Assembly (NCBI RefSeq): GCF_018350175.1
Contig: NC_058368.1
Span: 63,180,001 to 63,244,000 of the forward strand
DNA from: Felis catus
Taxonomy: Eukaryota
Direction of reading: 5' to 3'
DNA length: 64,000 bases
The translations under genes were made by a program, and so were the position numbers. The notes under the pieces are model-generated. The model was given only the letters and a program-made list of their open reading frames with translations. It was not told the origin of the DNA and did not search any database. Numbering within the stretch: position 1 is the first letter of the stretch; every line of letters starts with the position of its first letter. This document shows, in pieces, positions 12,225-24,595 of the stretch.

Positions 12225-12385
12225 TGGGGGCGGGGAGACTGTCCTGTGCATTGAAGGGCATTTGGCATTGCTGCCCTGCCATTAAAGACCTAATACCCTC
12301 TTCAATCGCTCTGACTGATAAATTCAGTTCTGCAAATTTTGTGTATGCTTCCAAGGGAGGCATTACCTACGTTGGGAATCACAGA
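12225..12385 (-). mobile_element. hAT-Charlie relic (MER20-like)
   Basis: GACTGTCCTGTGCATTGAAGGGCATTTGGCAT...GTTGGGAATCACAG resembles reversed MER20. Confidence 0.5.
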
Positions 12386-12414
12386 GTCAGGAGACCAAAG
12401 TGAAAGACCACTTG

Positions 12415-12590
12415 AAAGATGAGTGGCACTGGCAGAGGTGACAAATGGCAGATTCGGGATGTGAAGTCAGAAATTACAGGATTTGCCAATGATTGGATGT
12501 GAGACATGAGGGAACGAGAGGAGTCAAGGATGACTCCAAGGATTCCTGCTTGGGAAACTTGGAGAATGGAGTTACCACATTTAGAGACAT
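12415..12590 (-). mobile_element. L2 fragment, probably continuing the 10787-11420 copy
   Basis: GATTGGATGTGAGA...GAGAGGAGTCAAGGATGACTCCAAGG...TGGAGAATGGAGTTACCA is a typical reversed L2 segment. Confidence 0.75.
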
Positions 12591-12698
12591 AAGCCCTTCC
12601 TCACTATGGTTACATCATCTCTTTATGTGTATGTAATAATCATGAGGGTACTGGGAAGGCCCTTCTTGGCCAAATTATTTTCTCACTATACGCAGTGC

Positions 12699-13611
12699 TG
12701 ATAGGGTTTGGGGATGATGGTGGGGTTTGGAGCTGATGACCAAGAAAGAATTCTTGAAAAATTCTTTAGTGCAAAAAAACGATTTTATTAAAACATGGGA
12801 CAGGACACATGGGCAGAAAGAGCTGCACTGGGGTTGTGAAGAGTGACTGATTATATACCTTCAGGCTGGGAAGGGGGTTAAGGACAGAGTAAGTCTCTGA
12901 GGAATTTTGGAAGCAAGGTTTCCAGGATGTTGAGGGACTAGCTGTTGTTAGGAAAATGTCATTTATTACTGTTTAGTAACAGCTCAGTCATGAGACCCTT
13001 CGGATGTATACCAAGGGCCATATGTTTGGAGTATAACTGCCAACATTTACTTGGGGGTTAAAGACAAAGGAGGTTTGCAAAGGAATCTTTATGTGTTAAA
13101 GGAGACTCAGAGGATCCTGGGGGGTCAGGAATATGTTAAGATTCCCTTTTACCCCTAGCAAAGTGTCATCATCAAGGCAGCTGAACTCCGGGAGGAAGGT
13201 CACTCTCCCTGTTTCAAGGACTCGTCAATGAGCTGTAGGAAGTAACAGAATTTTTTCATTTGCCTTTGTTTTCCGCATCACCATGAAGAACACTTAAACC
13301 CCCTTACATCTCAATGAAGGTGATATTAGGGCCCCAGGAAACGGAGTCTATAGGTTTCTGGAGATAACGCTATGGGATAAGATTGGCTTTTTCTTGCAGT
13401 CTACTAAGTTTTCAGTAAACTGAAGGAGACTCCTGTCCTGCATGACTGTGATCTCTATCAGTTAACCATTTGCTTTATTTCCTTTTCCCTGTTCTTGGGC
13501 AACCAGGAGTGTCTGAGGAATATCACACATATCCCCCTGGGATGGGGGTGGGGGGGTTGTATGGTGTTAGCCTGTGCTTTGCCCTCAACTTGCCCCCACT
13601 CTCCCTCATTA
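12699..13611 (-). mobile_element. Solo ERV1-type LTR (carnivore CarLTR-like), 913 bp
   Basis: TG start on plus and degenerate CA end; 4-bp TSD GTGC (12695-12698/13612-13615); minus-strand TATATAA (~12851-12857) and AATAAA (12784-12789). Confidence 0.8.
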
Positions 13612-13834
13612 GTGCCTAGAAATACTAGGCATCTTTGTAATTATGACCAATATTTTCAAAAATAGAGTAAACTAGATTAAAATTTTCTACAATAATATTC
13701 CTTTATTATTGAGTAAAGGAAATGGGTATTTTAATGGAAAGAAAAAGAAATGGAAAGAAAAAAGAAAAAATGGAAAGGAAAAGTAAATGGGTATTTAGTG
13801 GGTGTGTACTTCCACATGAAAACTGGTCTGGTTA

Positions 13835-14185
13835 AAAATCCAACACTCATTCGTGATCAAAACATTAGTCATTTATATGAGTAACTTAGAACTTGTTACC
13901 AATAAACTTGATGTTATACTAATAGGTGAATTATAAGGATGGATAGGAAAAATATATAGCCTACCCATGGCTTCAAAAATTTAGAAATTAAGCTCATGAT
14001 GCTTTCAGTTCATGGGCACACTTGCATGTATTTGTTTATATATACGTCTCTATTTTGCTGATTCTGCCCATGTAGATGTTATGAGGTTACATAAATCACT
14101 TTTAATGCACTATATCATATTGTCCATTGTGTTATTCAATGCCCCTTATATAAAGTTCTGTATAATAAGTTCCTATAAGTAGAAA
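13835..14185 (+). other. TSD-flanked ~350-bp insert, probable L1-mediated retrocopy or transduction
   Basis: Perfect 16-bp direct repeat AAAACTGGTCTGGTTA at 13819-13834 and 14186-14201; insert ends in a short A run. Confidence 0.6.
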
Positions 14186-15739
14186 AAAACTGGTCTGGTT
14201 AGGGTATATACGCAAAAGGATACTCTACATACGCTGAAAGGGGGCTGAAATGTGAAAAGAACTACAGGAAAAAGTATATGAGAGTGATGAATTTGTTGTC
14301 TTTGTTACTTGGCCTAAGACTGGTCATAATCAGTGATATTCCCATGGCTGCCCTGACATATGTCAGATAAGTCTCACTGAGCACCAGCCCATTACAAGAA
14401 AAATAACTAGGTTGGTTTCAATTGAAAAAAATGCAGTAAGTGTCTCAGTTTCCCCTAGGAGCTTAACCACAGGTGGGGCTACCCACCTCTTAAGGAGAGC
14501 AAGATATGGTCACAGGCTGTTGTAAACCATGACACGGTGACCCATGAGTCCATGGTGGACACCGTTCCTCTTTAGGTCAAAAGAGCTTATTAAATTCTTT
14601 CCTTGACCTGCCTGCCCACCAGTCTGTCCCCTGACCAAGCCACAAGTGTATCAAAGGAGAGAAGAGAAACTCAGAAAAGTCTTTCATTCCACACTCCATC
14701 CTCTGAAGTCATATTTCTTAATGTAAATTTGAGTAAGAGTCAAGGATAAGAGCCAATGTTTTAATTTCAATGTTATCTCAATCCTTTCATATACAGAGTG
14801 CTCTCAAATAATCCATGGTATTATTTCTCAAAACACTTAAAAACAAAGTCTGCTTTCCTACACTTGCGAAGGTCAGTTTGATTTACATAACAATTTGCTT
14901 GCAATAAGGGGACTCTTAGTTGGTGAGACAAATCCAGAGCTTGAAGCAGCTGCACTGAAAAACAGAAAAAGTATGATATTACCCTCTGTCAAACACAGAA
15001 AATGATTTTTCAATGGTTTATATCCTGCACTATTGTTTGACAAGCATGATGTTGAACTGCATTAAATATTAATTTGTATAATGCAGTAGTCATATAAAAC
15101 TAGGCATAAAACACAGCAGGGGAAATTGCATTTTCTTACCGTTAAGACTATTGTTACAGTCTTCTGGTACCTCATGCTGTCATCCTACTTAGTAGATTGA
15201 TGTTTATTTTCCCAGCACACACGGACTGCCATCAATAGCATTACCAGCTTGTCTACCATTATGTTGCCCTCAGAAGTAATAAATCTTGCCAACTGTGAGA
15301 GGATCTTTAGATTCAAGAGACTACTCATAATCTCCTGACATGAATTTAATCACAATTCAGAAATGACACGTGAATGCTTGCTTCTAACAAACACAGTTTA
15401 TGTTAAACGTAGGCATAGCTTTGGTTTTGACTCCATAACTCATTTTATAATGCAGGGCCAGGGATAACTTCAAAGTTTTATTTTCCTCTGTTTTCACGTG
15501 TGCAGTCTGTATAAATAAATGTCTCAATTCCCTCCTAAGTCTCACTAAAGAAGGGTATTTGCCAAATAAGCCTGTTCACCCTTTCCACAGGTACCATTTA
15601 ATCTTGTTCTTGTCATACATAAGTCATGAAACTATTAGTTTGATTCCTTTTTTTTCCAGAACACCTACAAGTTTTTTCAATAAAAATTATAAGGATTGAA
15701 AACCTTATTTAAAGGCAATTTCCTCTTTCCCTTTCTTTT

Positions 15740-15948
15740 CTTTCTTTTTTGAATGTTTATTTTTGAGAGAGAGAGAGAGAGCACAAAGCAGGGGAGGGGA
15801 AGAGAGAGTGGGAGACACAGAATCTGAAGAAGACTCCAGGCTCTGAGCTGTCAGCACAGAGCCCAAGGTGGGGCTCCAACCCACGAACCGCAAGATAATG
15901 ACCTCAGCGGAACTCAGTCGCTCAACCACCTGAGCAACCCAGGTGCCC
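15740..15948 (-). mobile_element. CAN-SINE
   Basis: Head, (CT)n and tail in reverse orientation. Confidence 0.95.
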
Positions 15949-15949
15949 T

Positions 15950-16155
15950 TCTTTTATTTTTTTTTAAAATGTTTGTTTATTTTTGAGAGAAAGAGCAAGA
16001 GCATGAGCTGAGGAAGGGCAGAGAGAGAGGGAGACAGAGGGTCCAAAGCAGGTTCTGTGCTGACAGCAGAGAGCCAGGGCTCCAACTCCAGAGCCATGAG
16101 ATCATGACCTGAGCCAAAGTCAGGAGCTTAACTGACTGAGCTACCCAGGTGCCCC
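15950..16155 (-). mobile_element. CAN-SINE, tandem with the previous copy
   Basis: Head ends GCCCC at 16155; tail abuts the previous SINE head. Confidence 0.95.
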
Positions 16156-16515
16156 TTTCTTTCTTTTATATTTGGTTCCCCTCCTGTCTCTTTTATTCTC
16201 CTTTATTTTTGTATCTCAATATATATTCACATCCATAAGCTACCTCTCACCACTCCAACACCCTCTCCAAATAATTGCCTCAGGCGTTCTTAGGTAGAAG
16301 CTCATCTTTAAACTTTCAGCTGATGAATAGCAAGAAAATGTGACTCAGAAGGAGATGGTTACAAATGTCACCAGACATGGTGTTATGTCATGTTTCTCTA
16401 CATTCTCCAATCCATCCACCTTGGCAAAATTTAGCCTTTCGTGATCTTCATTTCTATTTTAGAAGGAATCTCAAAGTCAGAGGCTCAATTTTAACTCAAA
16501 CTGAAGCAAAGAGAA

Positions 16516-16737
16516 GGGCACCTAGACGGCTTAGTTGGATAAACATCTGACTCTTGATTTCGGCTCAGGTAATGATCTTATTGTCATGAGATCGAGTCCC
16601 ATGTTGGGCTCCATGCTGGGTGTGGAGCCACCTTATGATTCTTTCTCTCCCTCTGCCCTTCTCCCACTCTCCTGCTCTCTCTCTCAAAAAAACAAAAACA
16701 AAAAAACAAAAAACAAAACAAAACAAAAACAACAAAC
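16516..16737 (+). mobile_element. CAN-SINE (older type)
   Basis: GGGCACCTAGACGGCTTAGTTGG head, (A4-5C)n tail, degenerate TSD aagcaa(a)gaga. Confidence 0.9.
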
Positions 16738-17342
16738 CTAAGCAAGAGACAGAATAAAGAACAGGTACAGAATTTCAGAGAAAAGAGGTTATTTTCATGC
16801 CTTTCCTTAAAAACATATATTCATGTTGCATGGATAGAAAAAGGCAGCATGACCTGAGTTTTGGAATTAACTTTGAAAGTGTCTAGTGAGTTACATATGC
16901 CTCAAATATTGCCTAATTTCACCTAGATTTTGAAGGATCAGAGATACACTCTTGGGTAAAGTTAAACTTACAGTTTCCAAAAAACTTTGGTTATTCCTAT
17001 TTTTATTTCTCTAGAGAAAAATATCTGCTTTATTTCACTTGTCATTCACATTCTTATGTAGATTTCTGCATTAATTATGATATTGTGTTTGCTTACCCAT
17101 CTCATTTCTGCAAGTGTCTTGCCGAAACATTATGTGATGCTGACCAGTGGACCTTAACCACTTAGAATTTCCAAGGAAGAGGAGCTTTAAAAATTTAAGG
17201 TTGAGATAGCTCCTCATGTCTAAAAGCTTCCTGGAGATGTTGATAATAATTAAAGTGTCCAGTTGTAAAATCACTAATACATAAACACTTCTATGGTTTG
17301 CAGTCTCAAAAATTTAAAGCAATATTAAAATAGTTATGTATT

Positions 17343-17576
17343 GGGGCACCCAGGTGGCTCAGTCGGTTGAGCGTCCAACTTCGGCTCAGGTCATGATCTT
17401 GCAGTCCATGGGTTCATGCCCCATGTCAGGCTCTGTGCTGACAGCCCAGCCCAGAGCCTGGAGCCTTCTTCGGATTCTCTGTCTCCTTCTCTGTCTCTGT
17501 TCCTCCCCTACTCATGCTCTGTCACTCTCTGTCTCTCAAAAATAAATGTTAAAAAAATTAAGTAAAATAATTAAAG
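17343..17576 (+). mobile_element. CAN-SINE
   Basis: TSD AAAATAGTTATGTATT/AAAATAGTTCTGTATT (17327-17342/17577-17592). Confidence 0.95.
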
Positions 17577-17635
17577 AAAATAGTTCTGTATTTATTCCCA
17601 TTTTATTGCACTCTTTTTATATTATAAAAATTTCA

Positions 17636-17875
17636 GGGGTGCCTGGGTGGCTCAGTTGGTTAAGTGTCCGACTCGGCTCAGGTCATGATCTCATGGTTGG
17701 TGGGTTCGAGCCCCACATTGGACTCTGTGCTGACAGCTCAGATCCTGGAGCCTGCTTCAGATTCTGTGTCTCCCTCTTTCTCTGCCCCTCCCCTGCTCAT
17801 GCTCTGTCTCTCTCTGTCTCAAAAATAAATAAAACACTTAAAAAAATTTTTTAAATAATAAAATAAAAAATAAAA
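17636..17875 (+). mobile_element. CAN-SINE
   Basis: TSD TAAAAATTTCA on both sides. Confidence 0.95.
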
Positions 17876-20444
17876 TAAAAATTTCAAAAATGCCAGGTAA
17901 AGACTCTCCTTATTTATTTGAAATTATCTACTATCATCATTCCTCCAAAAAAAAAAAAGAAACCACAAAAATAGACCCACCAACATTGCCTATTTCAGCA
18001 TTATTTAAAATAAAATTTCTCCCAGATAAAAAATAAAAATAAAAAAAAATTTCTCCCAGATATAAAAGTGGAGTTAGAGATTTAAAAGTGACAATTGAAG
18101 TTTTAATCATCTAAACCAAGAGATCAACTGGTAAATCTTCCCATGATAGCCTATGAAATACACTAATCACAAGCCACTGGGTCAGTGGACATCCAATAAA
18201 TAACAATTGATGAAGTTGAAAATATGTTGCTCTAAGTTCACTCTCCAGTTTTAAATAACCATTCTCAAAACTGCACCTTAGAAATGTCATGAGCATAAAG
18301 AATATTTATGAGTGACGGGTCTTTTCATCCCTTCCAAACAAATGAGTTAGTTCTGGCAGATAATACTGGGTCTCCAATATTCAGGTTTTCATTTCTGAAA
18401 TCCAACATAAGAATAGGAAAACACCGTGAATATGCAATGCTACTGTCAACCAGAAAACTAAGTTGATATTTAAATAATAAAAATTGATTGTGTCTATAGT
18501 GGAAACGATTAAAATAAAAAAAATTAAAATCAAGAAACATGCCCTAGTGAAATGATTTAAATAAAGGAATACAGTTGGAAACACTGAAACTACAGACATA
18601 GACAAATGTAAAATGCTTTGGGAGGGTGGCAACAAAGGATTGTGATAGTCAGCGTTTTCACTCTGGCATCTAAATTAAGGACTACAACTCATGAATATGA
18701 ATCAGAAAAGCGGGTTTTGGTTACAGCATAAGAAACAGTTTCCTCATTTTAGCCTCAATAAAACACTTGGACAATTTTTTATATTGAGTTATGGAATATC
18801 TTTATTAAAAACACCCTAAGGATAGATACATTTAAGATTAAATAATTTGGTCAGTTTGTCATGAATCTAAGTAGAGCCTCCGACTTCAAACTTCAAATTC
18901 CTGGGTCCTCTCTTACACTGCAACAGCTTATCAGTGGGGCTTCTCTTAAGTAAAGTAAGGTCTCCATTTTTTTATTCTACTAGTAAATTATAGTTTTTTG
19001 TGCAAAAAATACCAACACAAGATTTTTTAAAAGTTTTGTTTCTGAAATACCTAAGAATGTTAACAAGTGATTTTACTAGATACATTATATTTCTATCCTA
19101 CTACTCAATGGTACACTTATCACAAGGATTTTATTAGAAAATCACCAGCCTAATATTTTATTAGAAGGGAAGAGGAAATAAATACTAAATGTCTACCAAT
19201 CAATAACAAAATCTTTTAGTGTATCTTTGATTACACAATGATTTCTAAATTAAATGGTATTTCAGATGGTCTCTGTTATTCTAGATGTTGACTCATTTTT
19301 AGAGTAATGTGGTTTTTCCCCTCTCTTGAAATTCGACACCTGGACCATATCAACCATTCTTTTCATTCCAATATACACTATGGAAGGAATCGGTTCCTTC
19401 ACATTGACTCTGACTATACAAAACAAGCAGTGACCTTCAAGTATGAAAATGGAGCACCTAATATACAGTAGCAATAGTACTGAAGTCAAAATATTTAAGC
19501 TTCTGAGAAATTTAATTATCCACCTATTATTTAGAAGAGACTTGAAACATATATGAAAAACAAAAAAGGTATTAGGAAGAATTGAAATCATTAGGAAACA
19601 ACCCTACAGCAACTCTCAGCACAGAGAATGGAAGGAGTGCATACAAACTAGTTTGAAAACTATAACGGTTGGTAGTTAGGCAACAGCATTCCCTAGGGTT
19701 AAGACATAGACTCCCAACAAGAATCAAAAGCAGAACTTGAAAACCTCCCATACTCAGTGTTAACTTTGTTTATACGATACCGTTTTTAATAACTTCTAAT
19801 AAATAATTCCTGTGTTGTATCAGAAGATTTCATTAAAACAGTGTAGTTTGTTATGACATCTGATTATGTTACCAACACTTTCTTTTATTTGAAGATTTAG
19901 TTAAATGTCTTTCTAGAGAACTGATTGCTGAAATCTCAGAAAAATTTGATACCGATAAATCACACACTATGTTTCCTGTTAAGATCTGCTACACATACAC
20001 ACACACATACACCCACACACACACCCCACAGAAATCCAAGCCTGTACCATGCTATTTGTGCTTTTGCAACACTCCTTCCCTGTTCTTCCAGTGCTGTGCT
20101 TTTCATGTTTGTAACTGTGCAAATAACTGAAATACTCCATTTCCTGCTCTGTATCCACTTGGAAAGGTCACAGGCATCTCTCAAAATTCAGCTGAATTGA
20201 TTCCTCCTCTAAGAAAGCAAAAAACCCTTCACTACCATGGGTGGGGTCATGACCACTCTCAACCATCTTTTCATAATTTCCTATACTCCTGTGGCATTTC
20301 CCATAGTTTACTGAAATTTGTTATAGGAGAAGCTATATAGAGAAAATTGTAAAAATGGCTATCAGTTTAAATTCTAAAAATATGACTTATGAATTATTAG
20401 CTATGTAACTTTAATCAAATTGTTTAACTCTTCTAAGTTTCAAC

Positions 20445-20445
20445 T

Positions 20446-20495
<50 letters not shown>

Positions 20496-20567
20496 TTCCT
20501 TCCTTCCTTCCTTCCTTCCTTCCTTCCTTCCTTCCTTCCTTCCTTCCTTCCTTCCTTCCTTTCTTCT

Positions 20568-20617
<50 letters not shown>
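20445..20617 (+). repeat. Compound (TTTC)n(TTCC)n(TTTC)n microsatellite at a SINE tail
   Basis: Direct reading; abuts the tail of the minus-strand SINE. Confidence 0.95.
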
Positions 20618-20618
<1 letters not shown>

Positions 20619-20816
20619 ATGTTTATTTTTGAGAGAGAGAGAGAGAAACAGAGTGCTAGTGGGCAAGGAGCAGAGAGAGAGGGAGACAGGATCCAAAGAA
20701 GGCTCCAGGTTCTGAGCTGTTAGCACAGAACCCAACATGGGTCTCCAACCCACAAACCACAAGATGATGGCCTTAGCCGAAGTTAGATGCTTAACCGACT
20801 GAGCCACCAGGCACCC
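20618..20816 (-). mobile_element. CAN-SINE
   Basis: Head and (CT)n in reverse orientation. Confidence 0.95.
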
Positions 20817-20817
20817 A

Positions 20818-20954
20818 TATTTATTTATTTTTTTAAGTAGGCTCCACATCCAGTGCAGAGCCCAATATGGGGCTTGAACCCACAACCCTGAGATCAAGAC
20901 CTGAGCTGAGATCAGGAGTCAGATGTTCAACCAACTGAGCCACCCAGGTGCCCC
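20818..20954 (-). mobile_element. Short CAN-SINE lacking the (CT)n tract
   Basis: Head followed directly by GCCTACTTAAAAAAATAAATAA on the minus strand. Confidence 0.9.
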
Positions 20955-23771
20955 AGTTTCTTATCTTTGAAACAGCACAAAGTATGCTTACCTTACAGGT
21001 TACACTAAAGTTTAGGTAAGTCCATGCTTGTAAAGTCCAATGCACAGCATCTGTACTGGGTAAACAAGAAAGAATAGTTATAATGATTTATGAGCATAAA
21101 GATGGGGATGATGATATACCCACACTAGACTGTGAGATCTTTGAATCTCTGAAAGACTTGAAGTAAACACTAGTGATCTTGTTATCTCCAGGGCCCAGGA
21201 CCTACTACATTGTAGATTGTCAACAAATCTTTGTTGAATTAAAAAAAAAAAATCAAACATAAATAGCTGGCCAGGAGGTGATGTGTAGCAAATATGAAAA
21301 AAAATATGAGTAAGAAGAGGACAAATAATTAAAGACTACATATGGAGGATAAACTTAGATTTTATCTAGAAGTCAGTAAGTAAACACATATTTTTTTAAA
21401 ATATTAAATATTTAAAAAATCAACATAACAAATATTACTATTTTAAAAAATATAGACAGTCTAGAAAATAGATTGAACATATATTAATTCTATGTATAAA
21501 TGGAAATATCAGCATTAGCCACAAGTTCTCTTTTCTGTTGTAGATTTTAGAAAAATAATTAAATTTTAAATTATTTTCAAAGGACATTTTTGTTTTTATA
21601 AGTATTAAATACTGTTAAGTTTAGGATTTGCATCTTTTTCCCTTGTAATCTCATTCTCTCTGCCCTCTATATGTTTTTGTGAGAGTTAAAGATGAAAAGA
21701 ATGTATGTAAAGTTGAAAGTTCATTAAAGTGCTTGTAATTAAATGTTAAAAGCTAAGTAATTACAGAAAAATAATGTAGAATTACAATAATTTTCTAGTT
21801 GTTATTTATAGGGGAAGAAACCTTGCAAGAATAGAAAGGGCCCTTGGTAGATGAGTGGGGCATTAAAAAACATTCCATTCATATTTCTGCATTAGGAGAT
21901 AAGAGTTATTAACTTTCATGCTTTTTGATGCACTTAATACTCTGTAGAACTATCCTTGAGCCTCAGAGGCTATTTACTTTTCTCTGCAATGTACACATGT
22001 GTCAACCATTAGAGACTTAGAAAATTTGAACAACAAATCCTTTAAAGCAAATGGCATAGTATTCTTAAGTGTATCAATTTGCTAACATGTATTTAATCTT
22101 TCTCATTACCATTATTCCTGCAATAAAAGCAGAATGTCAACTGTGAGTTAGGCTTTAAGCAATTTTTTTTAAAAATAGCAAAGCTAGTGATTCTTACAGA
22201 TAAAATGCCATTTTTACTAAAACATTAGGCATGAAATATTTAATTACCATCCATTGCGGTTGGATGATATCACTTTGTCCAATTAACAGTATTTTAATTA
22301 ATCATGACACCAAATAAATTTAGCCTCTAAGCAGGTCTCTTGTTGAAGTACCTTTCAATGAGTCTCAGTAATACAGCTTTCTTTGAAATGTTGGTAGCTA
22401 AGACCTGGAAAAAGTGTCCTTAACTACCTGTAATGTAACCAATAATTAAACTTGTAATTTCTTAGGAGCTACGATGTGGCTTCACCAAGCATGTAAATAT
22501 TTTTAAAAAGTAATTTGTACGCTAGGAGTCAATGGAAAGAAAAAGATGTATCAAGGGTGCAGGAGAATAGGTCTACATATTTCACAACATAAACATTGTG
22601 TCAATCAGAGGAGTGCTCATTAGTCATGGAAGCTGGTGGAAACAGTCACCAAGGCAAATGTTATGAATGCCTATGTTCCCATTACATAAAGAAGGAAGCT
22701 TGAAATTCTGTAGATCCAGTGATAAAGGCGAATGTAGGTGATTGTAGCCAATGAATTTTAAATATTCCGATCCCAAAAATGAAAATGAAAAGTAAAATAA
22801 AATTATTGAATTGGATGCCTCAAAATTGATAACTTTTGCTCTTCAAAAATTAACATTAAGAACAGGAAGACAAGCCACAGACTAGGTGAAAGTATGTGCA
22901 AAACATATGTCTGATAAAGGATGTTATCCAGAATATATGAAGAATTCTTACAACTCAATAATAAGAAGACAGTCCAGTTTAGACAGTGTCAAAAGACCTG
23001 AATAGACAGTTCACCAAAGAAAATATATATAAATGAAAATATGCACATGAAAAGAAATTTAACATTATTAGCAATTAGGAAAATGCAAAATAAAAATACA
23101 AAGAGATACCTCTACACACACACTATAATGGCTAAAATCAAAAAGACTGACAATACCCAGTGTTGGCAAAGGGATAGAAAAACTGCAAGCCTCATGCATT
23201 GCTGATAAGAAAAATGTAAAATAGTATAATCACTTTGAAAAACAGTTTAGTAGCCTGTTAGAAAGTGAAACATACACTTACTATATGGCCTACAAGAAAT
23301 GAAAGTAAATATTTGCACAAAGACATATACAAACGTTCATACCCTCTTTATTCAGAATGGACAAAATATAGTAGCAACAAAAATATACATAAACAGTTCA
23401 ATGACTAAACAAATTATGGGCATTCACACATTGGAATAGTACTCAGAAATAAAAAGGAAAAAGTCCTGACACATGCAACAACATGGAAGAATCTAAAAAA
23501 TATACTAAAGATATCAAACACAAGTATTTACACATCTATACCTATATCTATACAAATATACACACATAGTTTCATTTGTAAGAGATTTTTATAAAATGTA
23601 AAAAAAAAGATGTAAATCAAATCAGAGGTTGTCAGGGATAAATGATGGGAGTCAGGCCTGGCAAAAGGGCAGGAAGAAATTTGGGGGGAAATGATAGAAA
23701 TGTTCTAAAACTAGATTGTAGTGAGGGTTGCACCATGGTATAAATTTAGTAAAAATCATCAAACTGTACAT

Positions 23772-23823
23772 CTATATTTTTATTTTTATGTATTTTTGAG
23801 AGAGAGAGAAAGAACAGGAGAGG

Positions 23824-23864
<41 letters not shown>

Positions 23865-23992
23865 CCAAAGCAGGCTCCAGGCTCTGAGCTGTCAGCACAG
23901 AACCCACCACACAGGGCTCAAACCCACGAACCATGAGATCATGACCTGAGCTGAAGTTGTATGCTTAACCGACTGAGCCACCCAGACACCCC
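23772..23992 (-). mobile_element. CAN-SINE (unit B of a pair)
   Basis: Head, (CT)n and tail in reverse orientation. Confidence 0.95.
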
Positions 23993-24050
23993 AAGTTTTT
24001 TTTTAATTAAAAACGTTAAAAAACGCATCCTGTTAAGTGATATGTAATAT

Positions 24051-24277
24051 TTATTTTTTTTTTTAATTTTAATGTTTATTTTTGAGAGAGACAGAGACAG
24101 AAACAGAGTATGAGTGGTGGAAGGGCAGAGAGAGAGGGAGACACAGAATCCGAAGCAGGCTCCAGGCTCCAAGCTGTCAGCACAGAGCCCACCACACAGA
24201 GCTCAAACTCACGAACCGCAAGATCATGACCTGAGCTGAAGTCAGATGCTTAACCGTCTGAGCCACTCAGGCGCCCC
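24051..24277 (-). mobile_element. CAN-SINE (unit A of a pair)
   Basis: Head ends GGCGCCCC at 24277; the pair is flanked by TSD CAAACTGTACAT. Confidence 0.95.
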
Positions 24278-24387
24278 CAAACTGTACATTTAAAATGGGA
24301 AAAATTAGTGGCTATAAATTCTCTCTCAAAGCTGTTTAAAAATATTAGCATGACATGAAGGCCAAGGAAATCTATTTTATTTTGCAA

Positions 24388-24595
24388 TTATTTTTTTAAA
24401 TGTTTATTCACTTTTGAGAGAGTGAGAGAGTGAATGGGGGAGGGGCAGAGAGAGAGGGAGACACAGAATCCAAAGCAGGCTCCAGGCTCTGAGCTGTCAG
24501 CACAGAGCCAGATGTGGGGCTTGAACCCACAAACTGAGAGATCATGACCTGAGCCAAAGTCAGACGCTTAACCTACTGAGCCACCCAGGTGCCCC
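24388..24595 (-). mobile_element. CAN-SINE
   Basis: Head, (CT)n and tail reversed; lies in the tail region of the next copy. Confidence 0.95.

Larger units (their letters stand above)
22800..24342 (+). mobile_element. Old L1M (L1MB/L1MC-like) ORF2 end and 3' UTR, interrupted by SINEs at 23772-24277
   Basis: GACAAGCCACAGACTAGG...TCTGATAAAGG...CAACTCAATAATAAGAAGACA...GACAATACCCAGTGTTGGC...AAACTGTACA...AAAGCTGTTTAAAA. Confidence 0.85.

Noticed and set aside
15139..15292. Minus-strand exon candidate ending ACG|GTAAG
   Set aside because: Stops in all three frames and a weak acceptor, so not supportable as coding
20420..20897. 154-aa and 70-aa ORFs with K/E/R or F/L/S repeats
   Set aside because: Translation of the (TTTC)/(TTCC) microsatellite and adjacent SINEs
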